Assembly: GCA_018224345.1 (NCBI GenBank)
Contig: JAGTUW010000059.1
Location: 1-53,849 of the forward strand
Reading direction: 5' to 3'
Origin: Bacteroidota bacterium
Lineage (GTDB): Bacteria; Bacteroidota; Ignavibacteria; SZUA-365
DNA: 53,849 bases
Every line of letters begins with the position of its first letter. Position 1 is the stretch's first letter. This document shows positions 1-8,683 of this stretch, one piece after another. A model generated the notes under the pieces. The model was given only the letters and a program-made list of their open reading frames with translations. It had not been told where the DNA came from and made no database searches. The position numbers and the translations under genes were made by a program.

Positions 1-1
1 C

Positions 2-1366
2 CAGATTGTCTACGATGCCGCACTGGCCTTCGACGGACAATCCGCTGCCTGGGGCGCAATGTTACTCGCACAGGCGGTGGAAAAAGAGTTGCCGACCTTG
101 CGTCATCTGGCCGGGGATTACAACTGCGATATTCCGACGCCCATAGGACGCATCATGTTGCGCGGAACCAGTGACAACCTGCATGCCGCCCACGATTGCG
201 CTCTGTTGATCGACTTCGGAGGCGACGACACCTACCTTGGGGCCGTGGCCGCCTCCTCGCCCGATCTGCCTGTTTCGCTACTGATAGACGTTGAAGGTGA
301 CGACTACTATCGCTGCGATAATACGAACATGCCCTCGCAGGCTGCCGGCGTTCTCGGTATCGGTATGCTTCTCGATCTCGATGGTGACGACCGCTATGAG
401 ACCAGTACCTTCGGCCAGGGCTGCGGCCGTTTCGGCGTAGGATTGCTCTATGATGAACACGGGAAAGACACATACAGGAGTGAGGGATTCAGCCAGGGCG
501 CCGGAATGTACGGCATCGGCATTCTCTATGACAATTCCGGAGACGATCGCTATCACACCGTGTATTATGCACAGGGTTATGGTTTTTCGCGCGGTATCGG
601 CCTGCTGGTCGACGCTGCGGGCGATGACCACTACATTGCTGACGATACGGACCTGATTCATGTCGGCGACCAGACGCCAAATCATAACGAGAGCAACGCA
701 CAGGGCTTCGGCGGAGGGCGACGCGGCGATCATACCGACGGACACAATATGTCCGGCGGCATCGGTATTCTCCACGATCTCGCCGGTGACGATGTCTATT
801 CGGCCGGGACGTTCGCACAGGGAAGTTCCTATTGGTACGGCTACGGGATTCTCAGTGATGAAACCGGGGATGATGTCTATCGCGGCGTGTTTTTCAATCT
901 CGGGGCCGCGGCACATTTCGGTATTGGTATCGTGCTTGAGAAGGCGGGCAATGATAGCTCCGACCTCGTGATGACACTGGGTTTCGGAACCGGGCATGAC
1001 GGCTCGGCTGCATTCTATATAGATCTCGACGGTGACGATGTCTATACCATGTCCAATGCAGACGAACGTGCGGGCAGTCTCGGCAGTGCGCTGAACAACT
1101 CCTTCGGTCTCTTCGCAAATATCCGTGGCAACGACCGATACGAACCTGTGGGCAATGCGTTCGGCTACGCCATGTCACGGCGTGGCGGCGAGTGGGCACT
1201 GTACGGTCCGACCACCGGGCTGTTCTTCGACATCGGCGGGGACGACGAATACCAGCATTCCGTCGCACGAAACAGCGAATCCTGGACACAGCAGGATGAT
1301 CGTGACCTCGGGCTTTCGGGCTACGGTATCGACACGGAATCGGGCCTGCTCGATTTCGAACGCTGA
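2..1366 (+). CDS. Repeat protein of unknown family with 12 copies of a ~23-24 aa G-D-D-x-Y unit; probably 5'-partial
   Basis: The frame is open from nt 2 to the window edge, and the first ATG is at 59. Twelve copies of hhhD-x2-G-(D/N)-D-x-Y are present (LLIDFGGDDTY, LLIDVEGDDYY, MLLDLDGDDRY, LLYDEHGKDTY, ILYDNSGDDRY, LLVDAAGDDHY, ILHDLAGDDVY, ILSDETGDDVY, FYIDLDGDDVY, LFANIRGNDRY, LFFDIGGDDEY and others). They are separated by Gly-rich F-x-Q-G-x-G linkers. I recognise no named family. Confidence 0.75.
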   Translation, partial: QIVYDAALAFDGQSAAWGAMLLAQAVEKELPTLRHLAGDYNCDIPTPIGRIMLRGTSDNLHAAHDCALLIDFGGDDTYLGAVAASSPDLPVSLLIDVEGDDYYRCDNTNMPSQAAGVLGIGMLLDLDGDDRYETSTFGQGCGRFGVGLLYDEHGKDTYRSEGFSQGAGMYGIGILYDNSGDDRYHTVYYAQGYGFSRGIGLLVDAAGDDHYIADDTDLIHVGDQTPNHNESNAQGFGGGRRGDHTDGHNMSGGIGILHDLAGDDVYSAGTFAQGSSYWYGYGILSDETGDDVYRGVFFNLGAAAHFGIGIVLEKAGNDSSDLVMTLGFGTGHDGSAAFYIDLDGDDVYTMSNADERAGSLGSALNNSFGLFANIRGNDRYEPVGNAFGYAMSRRGGEWALYGPTTGLFFDIGGDDEYQHSVARNSESWTQQDDRDLGLSGYGIDTESGLLDFER

Positions 1367-1568
1367 AATTACTGAAAGGCACCACAGAGTTCACAGCGAG
1401 CACAGAGAATTTTCCTCGACTGACGGAGGGCGAACATTCCTGTCCGTCGCTTGCCCCGTTGAAGCGCAACGAAGGCGGGTGGTTTCTCACACCTCGCATT
1501 GTTTTCCTGCAGCCATGGAATTTCGTAAACTGCAGTGATACACCATTTTGCAAAACGGTAACATCCTC

Positions 1569-3059
1569 ATGGCAAAGAATCAGCAGAACACACTTGAAAA
1601 AATAGTTTCCCTCGCAAAGCGCAGGGGCTTCGTCTTCCAGTCTTCGGAAATCTACAGTGGCCTGAACGGCTGCTGGGACTATGGTCCGCTCGGTGTGGAG
1701 CTGTTGCGGAACATCAAGGATGCCTGGTGGCGCGCGATGACCTACCGCGATGACATCGAAGGCCTCGATGCGTCTATTCTCATGCACCCCCGCGTGTGGG
1801 AGGCCTCGGGCCATGTGGAGAATTTCACCGACCCGATGGTGGATTGCAGGCAATGCAAAAGCCGCTATCGCCTCGATGTGCTGTTCGAATCCTATAACGA
1901 GAAGCGCAGAAAGAAAGTCGCCGACGCCTATCGTGATCTGCTGACGGAATCTGGCTGGAATGCCGAAGCATTCACCGCGCTGCCCCGGGAACAGCAGACG
2001 GAAGTTGCAGGCGACGCCCTTGTCGGTGATCCCACGGTATTCATCGCCATGAATGAAAAAGAGCTCCTCGTCTGTCCTTCCTGCGGCAACGCGGGTACGT
2101 TCACCGTGCCACGGAAATTCAACCTCATGTTCAAGACTTTCGTCGGACCGGTGGAAGACAGTGGTTCGGTCGTCTATCTCCGTCCGGAAACCGCCCAGGG
2201 TATTTTCGTCAACTTCGCTAATGTCATGCAGGCGTCACGCCGGAAACTGCCCTTCGGCATCGCCCAGATCGGCAAGGCCTTTCGCAATGAAATCAACACG
2301 AAGAATTTTCTCTTCCGCACCCGTGAATTCGAACAGATGGAAATGCAGTTTTTTGTGCATCCAGGCCGGGACATCGAATGGTTCGACACGTGGAAAGATC
2401 TCCGGTTGCAGTGGTTCATCGATCTGGGCATGAAGCGGGAGAACCTGCGCATGCACCCCCATGCCCCTGACAAACTCGCGCATTACGCCAAGGACGCCGT
2501 GGACATTGAATACGCCTTCCCCTTCGGCTGGGGAGAAATCGAAGGGATACACAACCGGACAAATTTCGACCTGACCCGTCACATGGAGTACTCAGGGAAA
2601 AGTCTGGAGTATTTCGATCAGGAAAAACAGGAGAAATTCATTCCCTTCGTGGTCGAAACCTCGGGAGGAACAAGCCGCTCGCTCATGGCCTTTCTCGTCG
2701 ATGCCTATGAAGAAGAGGAGCTCGAGAAAGAAACGCGCACCGTGTTGCGCTTCCACCCGAAACTGGCACCGTTCAAGGCCGCAATCCTCCCCCTTGTCAA
2801 TCGCGATGGCATGGACGACATCGGCCAGAAACTCTACCATGATCTGCAACGTGATTTCAAACTGTTCTACGACGATTCCGGATCCGTCGGCCGACGTTAC
2901 CGCCGGCAGGATGAAATCGGCACACCGTATTGCATCACCATCGATTCACAGACGCTGGAAGACCAGACAGTCACCGTTCGTGATCGCGACAGCATGCAAC
3001 AGGAGCGCATCGCGATGAGTGGGCTGCGAAGCTGGCTGATGGACAAGCTGGCTGTTTGA
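1569..3059 (+). CDS. glyQS: Glycine--tRNA ligase, dimeric class II type
   Basis: The N-terminus reads [54 protein letters not shown], followed by class II motifs ([14 protein letters not shown]) and a C-terminal anticodon-binding region ([19 protein letters not shown]). I prefer the ATG at 1569 over 1548. Confidence 0.95.
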   Translation: MAKNQQNTLEKIVSLAKRRGFVFQSSEIYSGLNGCWDYGPLGVELLRNIKDAWWRAMTYRDDIEGLDASILMHPRVWEASGHVENFTDPMVDCRQCKSRYRLDVLFESYNEKRRKKVADAYRDLLTESGWNAEAFTALPREQQTEVAGDALVGDPTVFIAMNEKELLVCPSCGNAGTFTVPRKFNLMFKTFVGPVEDSGSVVYLRPETAQGIFVNFANVMQASRRKLPFGIAQIGKAFRNEINTKNFLFRTREFEQMEMQFFVHPGRDIEWFDTWKDLRLQWFIDLGMKRENLRMHPHAPDKLAHYAKDAVDIEYAFPFGWGEIEGIHNRTNFDLTRHMEYSGKSLEYFDQEKQEKFIPFVVETSGGTSRSLMAFLVDAYEEEELEKETRTVLRFHPKLAPFKAAILPLVNRDGMDDIGQKLYHDLQRDFKLFYDDSGSVGRRYRRQDEIGTPYCITIDSQTLEDQTVTVRDRDSMQQERIAMSGLRSWLMDKLAV

Positions 3060-3178
3060 ATCCCGCTCCGCAATCCACCCCTGTCCTGCGCTGTCAATCG
3101 CGAAGTGCACACGCTTGTGGACGTAGCGGTGGAATGTCCCTGTGTGAAATGCCCCCGCGCCGCCGAGCGAGCGGCCTC

Positions 3179-3481
3179 CTACATTTTGGCCTCGCGTTCC
3201 AGTCGGGCCTGCAATGAATCTATGACTTCATGTGCACGGGACGCGAGTGTGGGGTCTTCCGCCGCGAAACGGCGTGCTTTCTCGATACGTCGCTCGGCCA
3301 GGAGACGGGAGAAGCGAAGACCATAATCCATGTTATCCGTCATGAAGGTTTCGAGCTGGACGTCCGGTGGATTCTCCGGTGGAGGAATGTAATCGATGCC
3401 ACGTGTCCCGGGAAGGAAAATTGCGACACCGAGAATGATGACAGACAGGATACTGATGAAAAGAAATAGTTTGCGGGCCAT
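3179..3481 (-). CDS. Small N-terminally membrane-anchored protein, unknown function (100 aa)
   Basis: This is the internal ATG of ORF 3179..3856. MARKLFLFISILSVIILGVAIFLPG forms a single hydrophobic helix, followed by a charged helical tail. The upstream part of the long ORF is antisense to the ABC ATPase gene and looks spurious. Confidence 0.5.
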   Translation of the reverse strand: MARKLFLFISILSVIILGVAIFLPGTRGIDYIPPPENPPDVQLETFMTDNMDYGLRFSRLLAERRIEKARRFAAEDPTLASRAHEVIDSLQARLEREAKM

Positions 3482-3575
3482 GACTGGATAATAACATGTT
3501 GCCGTCGTATGTTTCTCTTCATAATCTACGGGAAAATCGTCGGTAAACCACAGGGACTCACAAAGACGGCAACAG

Positions 3576-4223
3576 ATGCTGCGGACTGAAAACATCTCTT
3601 TCGCATACAACGACATTCCGGTCCTCCACGACCTCTCCCTCCATGCATCCCATGGTGAAACGATGCTGATACACGGGCCATCCGGTAGCGGAAAATCCAC
3701 TCTGCTCCGTGTTCTGGCAAGGCTGGAAGCTCTTTCTGCGGGAAACATTCTCCTCGATGGCAGGGAAGCAACGGACATCGCGGCACCGGAGTATCGCCGC
3801 CGTGTGGCATATCTCCAGCAGATGCCGGTGATGACCGACGGCAATATCCGCGACAACCTGTTGTTGTCATTCCGTTACCACGATGCTTCTCCTCCGGATG
3901 ACGACATGTTGCGAAGACATCTGGAAGAGCTCGCCCTGTATGATGTCGTACTCGATGCGCCGGCCACGGAGCTCTCCGTCGGTCAGCAGCAGCGCCTGGC
4001 GTTGCTGCGGCTGTTGCTGATGCAACCTTCCGTGCTGCTGCTCGATGAGCCCGTTGCCTCCCTGGATGCTGCGTCGGCCGAACAGCTCATGCATGCCGTC
4101 GCACGGGAGTGCGAAGCGCGCGGTCTGACTGTCATCATCGTCTCGCATCAGGAAATTGGTGTTCCCGGACAACATCTCCGCCGGCTCCATCTGCGCAACG
4201 GACGTATTGAGGAGGAAGGATGA
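3576..4223 (+). CDS. fetA: ABC transporter ATP-binding protein, YbbL/FetA-like
   Basis: Walker A (GPSGSGKST), ABC signature (LSVGQQQR) and Walker B (LLLDEP) are all present. At 215 aa it is paired with a UPF0014/FetB-type permease through an ATGA overlap. Confidence 0.85.
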   Translation: MLRTENISFAYNDIPVLHDLSLHASHGETMLIHGPSGSGKSTLLRVLARLEALSAGNILLDGREATDIAAPEYRRRVAYLQQMPVMTDGNIRDNLLLSFRYHDASPPDDDMLRRHLEELALYDVVLDAPATELSVGQQQRLALLRLLLMQPSVLLLDEPVASLDAASAEQLMHAVARECEARGLTVIIVSHQEIGVPGQHLRRLHLRNGRIEEEG

Positions 4224-5026
4224 ACGGCGCACTCGATATCGGGTACCCACAGCTCGCTCTTTCGCTGCTGTTCGTCCTGCTCGCGGGTTTCGCATCATTG
4301 CGCCTTCGTCTCGGCCTGGGCCGCGATCTGCTCTGGGGTACGCTGCGGACGGTCAGCCAGCTCGCACTGCTGACCGTGGTACTCACCTGGGTGTTTGAAG
4401 TCCGTCACTGGCCTGTGATACTTGGCATGTATGCGCTCATGATTCTGTTTGCATCACGCATCATCCGTGCGCGTGTGCGGTCAACCACCATACGTTTTTT
4501 CTTTCCTACCTTCTTCAGCATGCTCTTCAGTTACATGTTGGTCAGCTATGTCGTCGTCGATGTGATTGTGGAAGTCCGTCCGTGGTATCGTCCCGAATAC
4601 TTCCTGCCTATCGGTGGAATGGTGATCGGAAATTCCATGAACGCCGTCGCCATTTCCATCGATCGGCTGTTCAATGACCTGCTGCGCCGTCGCGGGGAAG
4701 TCGAGTTGCTTCTCTGTCTCGGTGCCGACTCCCGGCAAGCTTCGGCGGATATGTTCCGCGAAGCCATCAGGGCGGGCATGATCCCGAGCATCAATTCCAT
4801 GATGGGTGTCGGGCTGGTGTTCATTCCCGGCATGATGACCGGGCAGATTCTTGCAGGGTCCGATCCATTGGTCGCTGTGAAATATCAGATCATGGTCATG
4901 CTCATGCTTGTCGGGTCAACGGCGCTCGGCAGTGTGCTGGTCATTTCCCTTGTGAGGAGACGATGCTTTTCCCGTGATCACCGTCTGATCATCCGGGCTG
5001 TCGATCGTGGCAGGAAGTCCACTTGA
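4220..5026 (+). CDS. fetB: UPF0014 family ABC permease, YbbM/FetB-like (putative iron export)
   Basis: A multi-TM protein whose C-terminal half matches remembered E. coli FetB blocks (IPIGGMVIGNSMNAV, IPSINSMMGVGLVFIPGMMTGQILAGSDPLVAVKYQIMVM). Its start overlaps the fetA stop (ATGA at 4220-4223). Confidence 0.85.
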   Translation: MNGALDIGYPQLALSLLFVLLAGFASLRLRLGLGRDLLWGTLRTVSQLALLTVVLTWVFEVRHWPVILGMYALMILFASRIIRARVRSTTIRFFFPTFFSMLFSYMLVSYVVVDVIVEVRPWYRPEYFLPIGGMVIGNSMNAVAISIDRLFNDLLRRRGEVELLLCLGADSRQASADMFREAIRAGMIPSINSMMGVGLVFIPGMMTGQILAGSDPLVAVKYQIMVMLMLVGSTALGSVLVISLVRRRCFSRDHRLIIRAVDRGRKST

Positions 5027-5112
5027 CAGCGGTTCGCTGTGTTGTCACATGATTTCTTATCTTGGCTGGAGATTGAGGATCCGTTTATCCACTCACTTGT
5101 TCCGCAAAGCTC

Positions 5113-6486
5113 ATGATACAACGGTTCATCTACGTCGTCGATGACGATTTATCGATGCGGCGTCTGCTCGAGTTCACCCTGCAGTCATGGGAATACAACG
5201 CGCGCACTTTCGCTGACGGTGAATCCTTGCTCCGGGCGCTCGACGAACAAATGCCGGATCTCGTGCTCATGGATCACATGATGCCGGGTATTTCCGGACT
5301 CGACACGCTAAAAGGCCTGCGGGAGAAATCCGCCGAGCTTCCGGTGATCATGCTTTCCGCACAGGGCAACATCGATATTGCCGTGGAGTTGATGCGGGCC
5401 GGTGCCGTGGATTATTTCACCAAACCGGTGGATCTCAAGCGCCTGCGCTTCGCGTTGAACAATGCACTGGACATGAGCAGGCTGCGCAATCAGGTACGGC
5501 AGCTACAGGACACGCTGGAAAGCTCTGTGCGTTTCGACAATATCATTTCCAGTTCCGGCGCGATGCAGAATGTGCTCAAACTCGTCGACAAGGCACGCAA
5601 CAGCGACATTACAGTTCTTATCGAAGGGGAAAGCGGTACGGGCAAGGAGCTGATCGCACGGGCAATTCACTTCAACGGTATCAGGAAAGAACGGCCCTTT
5701 ATCATCATCAACTGCGCCGCTATTCCACGGGATCTGCTCGAAAGCGAACTTTTCGGACACGAACGTGGCGCCTTTACAGGGGCAGTAGACCGAAAAATCG
5801 GGAAATTTGAGGCAGCCGACACCGGAACAATATTTCTTGACGAAATCGGCGAACTCGATATGTCATTGCAGGCAAAGCTGTTACGTGTTCTTCAGACCAA
5901 ACAATTCGAACGTGTCGGGGGACTGGAGACGTGTACATCCGATGTGCGCATTATTTCGGCAACGAACCGGGATCTCTCATCGATGGCCGCGGAACGCAGT
6001 TTCCGGGAGGATCTCTATTACAGACTGAGCACGTTTCCCATCAAACTCCCCCCCCTGCGCGACCGCCCTTCCGAAGTGTCACTGCTCACCGAACATTTTC
6101 TCACATTGTTCGCAGAGCGGGAGGGGCGCCCCGATCTCTCGTTCCGCGACGACACGCTCGCGCTGCTGCAACGGCACGACTGGCCGGGCAATGTACGTGA
6201 GTTACAGAGCGTTATTGAACGTGCCGTGCTTCTTGCAGATACCGACGTCATCCGTCCCGAGGATCTTCCGCAGACACTTCGCGCATCCCGCGATACCAAC
6301 ACGCAGCTTTCCGCGCAGTTATTCGCGAGCCCGGACGAGATCCTGCCGCTCGAACGGCTTCGGGAAGCCGCGATTCGACGCACACTGGAGCTGCTGGACG
6401 GCAACATGACGGAATCGGCACGTGCACTTGGCATTGGCCGGACGACATTGTATGATTTGGTAAAGAAGTACGACGCGCAGTCCTGA
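5113..6486 (+). CDS. Sigma-54-dependent response regulator (REC + AAA+ + Fis-type HTH), NtrC family
   Basis: The receiver domain shows VVDDD...[10 protein letters not shown]. The AAA+ domain carries GESGTGKE, the GAFTGA motif (ERGAFTGA) and LFLDEIGEL-like [10 protein letters not shown]-terminal HTH follows ([20 protein letters not shown]). Confidence 0.93.
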   Translation: MIQRFIYVVDDDLSMRRLLEFTLQSWEYNARTFADGESLLRALDEQMPDLVLMDHMMPGISGLDTLKGLREKSAELPVIMLSAQGNIDIAVELMRAGAVDYFTKPVDLKRLRFALNNALDMSRLRNQVRQLQDTLESSVRFDNIISSSGAMQNVLKLVDKARNSDITVLIEGESGTGKELIARAIHFNGIRKERPFIIINCAAIPRDLLESELFGHERGAFTGAVDRKIGKFEAADTGTIFLDEIGELDMSLQAKLLRVLQTKQFERVGGLETCTSDVRIISATNRDLSSMAAERSFREDLYYRLSTFPIKLPPLRDRPSEVSLLTEHFLTLFAEREGRPDLSFRDDTLALLQRHDWPGNVRELQSVIERAVLLADTDVIRPEDLPQTLRASRDTNTQLSAQLFASPDEILPLERLREAAIRRTLELLDGNMTESARALGIGRTTLYDLVKKYDAQS

Positions 6487-6521
6487 CCTCTCTTTCCGCA
6501 GTTGGCGCGATCCCCGGTGGT

Positions 6522-7616
6522 CTATCCGGCGAGGGGGATCAATATCGAGACAGCGGTATATCTGCCTGCTTCGCTTTCGATGCGCAGCGCACCGCCATAG
6601 AGTTCCGTTACTGCATGGACGATAGCGAGTCCGAGTCCTACCCCCGTTTGTTCGAACTGACCGCGATCGAACTGCGTATAGGCGCCAATGGATTGTATCT
6701 GCTGCTCCGACATGCCACGGCCTCTGTCGATGACCGACACTTCGTAAAAGGCATCAGCGGCCGTCCCCTGCACTTCAATGCGGGTTCCATCCAGACTGAA
6801 CTTGCAGGCGTTGTCCGTCAGTTCCTCGATAATCTTCTCGAAATCCCGCTCACTGATACGCAATGCCGCATCCTCCGCCTGGACGACCACATCCTTCCGC
6901 CGGCCTGCGCGCGAGGCAACACTCTGTACCGTCGCCTGCAGCAATTCCGTGGGCGACGACAGCTCCTCGGTCAACATTTCCTCCTTTCGTGGCGCGTCTT
7001 GACGGACAGACTCAAGCTCAGCGAAACGAAGATAATTCTGCACCAGACGGAGCAGGCGTTGCCCGGACATCTGAATATTACCGAGCATCTCCTTGACCTC
7101 CCCCGCGTTGAATTCCCCCATGTGATCCCGCAGGAGATTCGAGATTCCGAGAATGGAATTGAGCGGAGTAAGAAATTCATGAGGCAGCGAACGACTCAGT
7201 GAATCACGAAACTGGTCGAGAGACGCATGGAGTTTCTGATCGAAGGACTGTCGCTTTTTCAGCCGTACATCCACGGCATTGAGCAACTCCTCTTTGGTGA
7301 ACGGCTTGGTCAGATAGTCATCAGCACCCAGGAGCATCCCTCTGCGCATATCCTTCCTGTCCACCAGCGCCGACAGAAAGATAAAGGGGATCAGCTCCGT
7401 TGCCGGATCCTTCCGCACGTACTCCAGCACCCCATAGCCACCCAGGTTCGGCATCATCACATCACACAGCACGAGATCCGGCTGTTTCTCACGAATCAGC
7501 TCTATGCCGTACAAACCATTCTCGGCAACAACCACGGCATACCCGGCATCGGTCAGCCGCTCGGCAATCGTCTCGCGTACAATAACATCATCTTCAATAA
7601 CCGCAATCGTTTTCAT
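6522..7616 (-). CDS. Hybrid response-regulator/histidine kinase (N-terminal REC, then HisKA + HATPase_c)
   Basis: I chose the internal ATG at 7616 (MKTIAVIEDD). The REC domain shows DLVLCDVMMPNLGG, the H-box is HEFLTPLNSILG, and the catalytic domain shows DRGRGM...GVGLGLAIV. No TM segment is present. Confidence 0.88.
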   Translation of the reverse strand: MKTIAVIEDDVIVRETIAERLTDAGYAVVVAENGLYGIELIREKQPDLVLCDVMMPNLGGYGVLEYVRKDPATELIPFIFLSALVDRKDMRRGMLLGADDYLTKPFTKEELLNAVDVRLKKRQSFDQKLHASLDQFRDSLSRSLPHEFLTPLNSILGISNLLRDHMGEFNAGEVKEMLGNIQMSGQRLLRLVQNYLRFAELESVRQDAPRKEEMLTEELSSPTELLQATVQSVASRAGRRKDVVVQAEDAALRISERDFEKIIEELTDNACKFSLDGTRIEVQGTAADAFYEVSVIDRGRGMSEQQIQSIGAYTQFDRGQFEQTGVGLGLAIVHAVTELYGGALRIESEAGRYTAVSILIPLAG

Positions 7617-7746
7617 TCCAACTCCTCGGTGATTGCAAGAGGATAATCTATGCATCTCACACTTTGAGTACAAATCCCGGACATCATCCGATAGACAGGG
7701 TACGCAACTTCCGCGTGCTTCCATATTACGTCATTGTTTTATTGTG

Positions 7747-7756
7747 AGCATATGCT
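7747..7756. promoter_or_regulatory. Perfect 10-bp palindrome AGCATATGCT, 13 nt upstream of the DUF134 gene start; candidate operator
   Basis: Read directly from the sequence. The palindrome is flanked by TTATTG direct repeats (ttattgtgAGCATATGCTtattattg). No binding protein is known. Confidence 0.25.
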
Positions 7757-7768
7757 TATTATTGTCTC

Positions 7769-8251
7769 ATGAGCAACCGACGTGGAAGACCGAGGCGCTG
7801 TCGCGCCGTTGAACATACCCCGCTGGTGACACGATTCAAACCGGCGTCCGTCCCTGCCTCCGCTCTTGTTTCCGTCATTCTGACATTGGATGAGCTTGAG
7901 GCGCTGCGATTGGCCGACTATCTGGGGTTGTACCAGGAGCAGGCCGCGGAACGCATGGGGGTCAGTCGTGCGACCTTCGGCCGCATCCTTGAAGCGGCTC
8001 GCGGGAAAACAGCGCGGGTGCTTATCGAAGGACTCATTCTCGACATCAGTGGAGGCGACATTATGACCAGCACCCAACGCATGGGGAAGGGTGGGTTCTG
8101 CATATGCCCGTCGTGTGATCTCCGTATCCCTCATCAGCAGGCCAAACCCTGCATAGAAGCACACTGCCCGGAATGCGGCAAACGCATGTTCCGCGAGCAC
8201 GGAGAACATCATCGACGTTATCTGGAAAAACAACAGGAGAAAAAGAAATGA
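7769..8251 (+). CDS. DUF134/UPF0251-type predicted DNA-binding protein with a C-terminal Cys-rich zinc-ribbon-like extension
   Basis: The N-terminus (RGRPRRCR...F.P) and the HTH-like segment LTLDELEALRLADYLGLYQEQAAERMGVSRATFGRILEAARGK are typical of DUF134 as I remember it. The C-terminus contains CICPSC...CIEAHCPEC. Confidence 0.8.
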   Translation: MSNRRGRPRRCRAVEHTPLVTRFKPASVPASALVSVILTLDELEALRLADYLGLYQEQAAERMGVSRATFGRILEAARGKTARVLIEGLILDISGGDIMTSTQRMGKGGFCICPSCDLRIPHQQAKPCIEAHCPECGKRMFREHGEHHRRYLEKQQEKKK

Positions 8252-8667
8252 AAATTGCCATCGCATCGGACGATGATCGTACCATCGCCCAACACTTCGG
8301 CCGCTGTCTCGGCTTTACGATTGTCACCATGGACGATAAGAAAATACTCACACGCTCATGGCAACCGAATCGCGCTACACAACATGCCCTCCAACATACC
8401 ACAGTGAACGCGCAGGGCGCCGGTCACGCGCAGGGCGGAGGCCACGCGCAGGGCGGAGGTCATAGCCATGAAAACATCATGAATATATTGGGAGATTGTG
8501 ACCTGATTATCGGCGGAGGGATGGGCCGGCGTCTGCGCGACGATTTCGCGGCCGCGGGCCTGCGTGCCGTGATCACAGATATCGAGACCATCGACGATGT
8601 CCTGCAGTCGGTGCGTGAGCAGCGGCTTGAGAACACGCGGGATGGTTGCGTCTCCCATCATTCATGA
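8248..8667 (+). CDS. NifX/NifB-C-terminal-like (dinitrogenase FeMo-cofactor-binding fold) small protein
   Basis: I chose the internal ATG at 8248, which overlaps the upstream stop (ATGA). MKIAIASDDDRTIAQHFGRCLGFTIV...DCDLIIGGGMGRRLRDDFAAAGLRAV matches the NifX-like small-protein pattern. A His/Gly-rich insert is present. Confidence 0.8.
   Translation: MKIAIASDDDRTIAQHFGRCLGFTIVTMDDKKILTRSWQPNRATQHALQHTTVNAQGAGHAQGGGHAQGGGHSHENIMNILGDCDLIIGGGMGRRLRDDFAAAGLRAVITDIETIDDVLQSVREQRLENTRDGCVSHHS
8410..8463 (+). repeat. Three tandem 18-bp in-frame repeats encoding (A-Q-G-x-G-H)x3
   Basis: The copies are gcgcagggcgccggtcac / gcgcagggcggaggccac / gcgcagggcggaggtcat, lying inside the NifX-like CDS. 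Confidence 0.9.
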
Positions 8668-8683
8668 CAACTGTTCCCGGCGG

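Noticed and set aside
3482-3856. The upstream extension of minus-strand ORF 3179..3856.
   Set aside because: It is antisense to the ABC ATPase gene and low-complexity. Only the part from the ATG at 3481 has a credible membrane-anchor start.
6505-6545. A gatcccc/ggggatc inverted repeat between the convergent regulator and kinase genes, considered as a terminator.
   Set aside because: It has a 17-nt loop and no U-run, and one arm lies inside the kinase coding sequence. The support is too weak to annotate.
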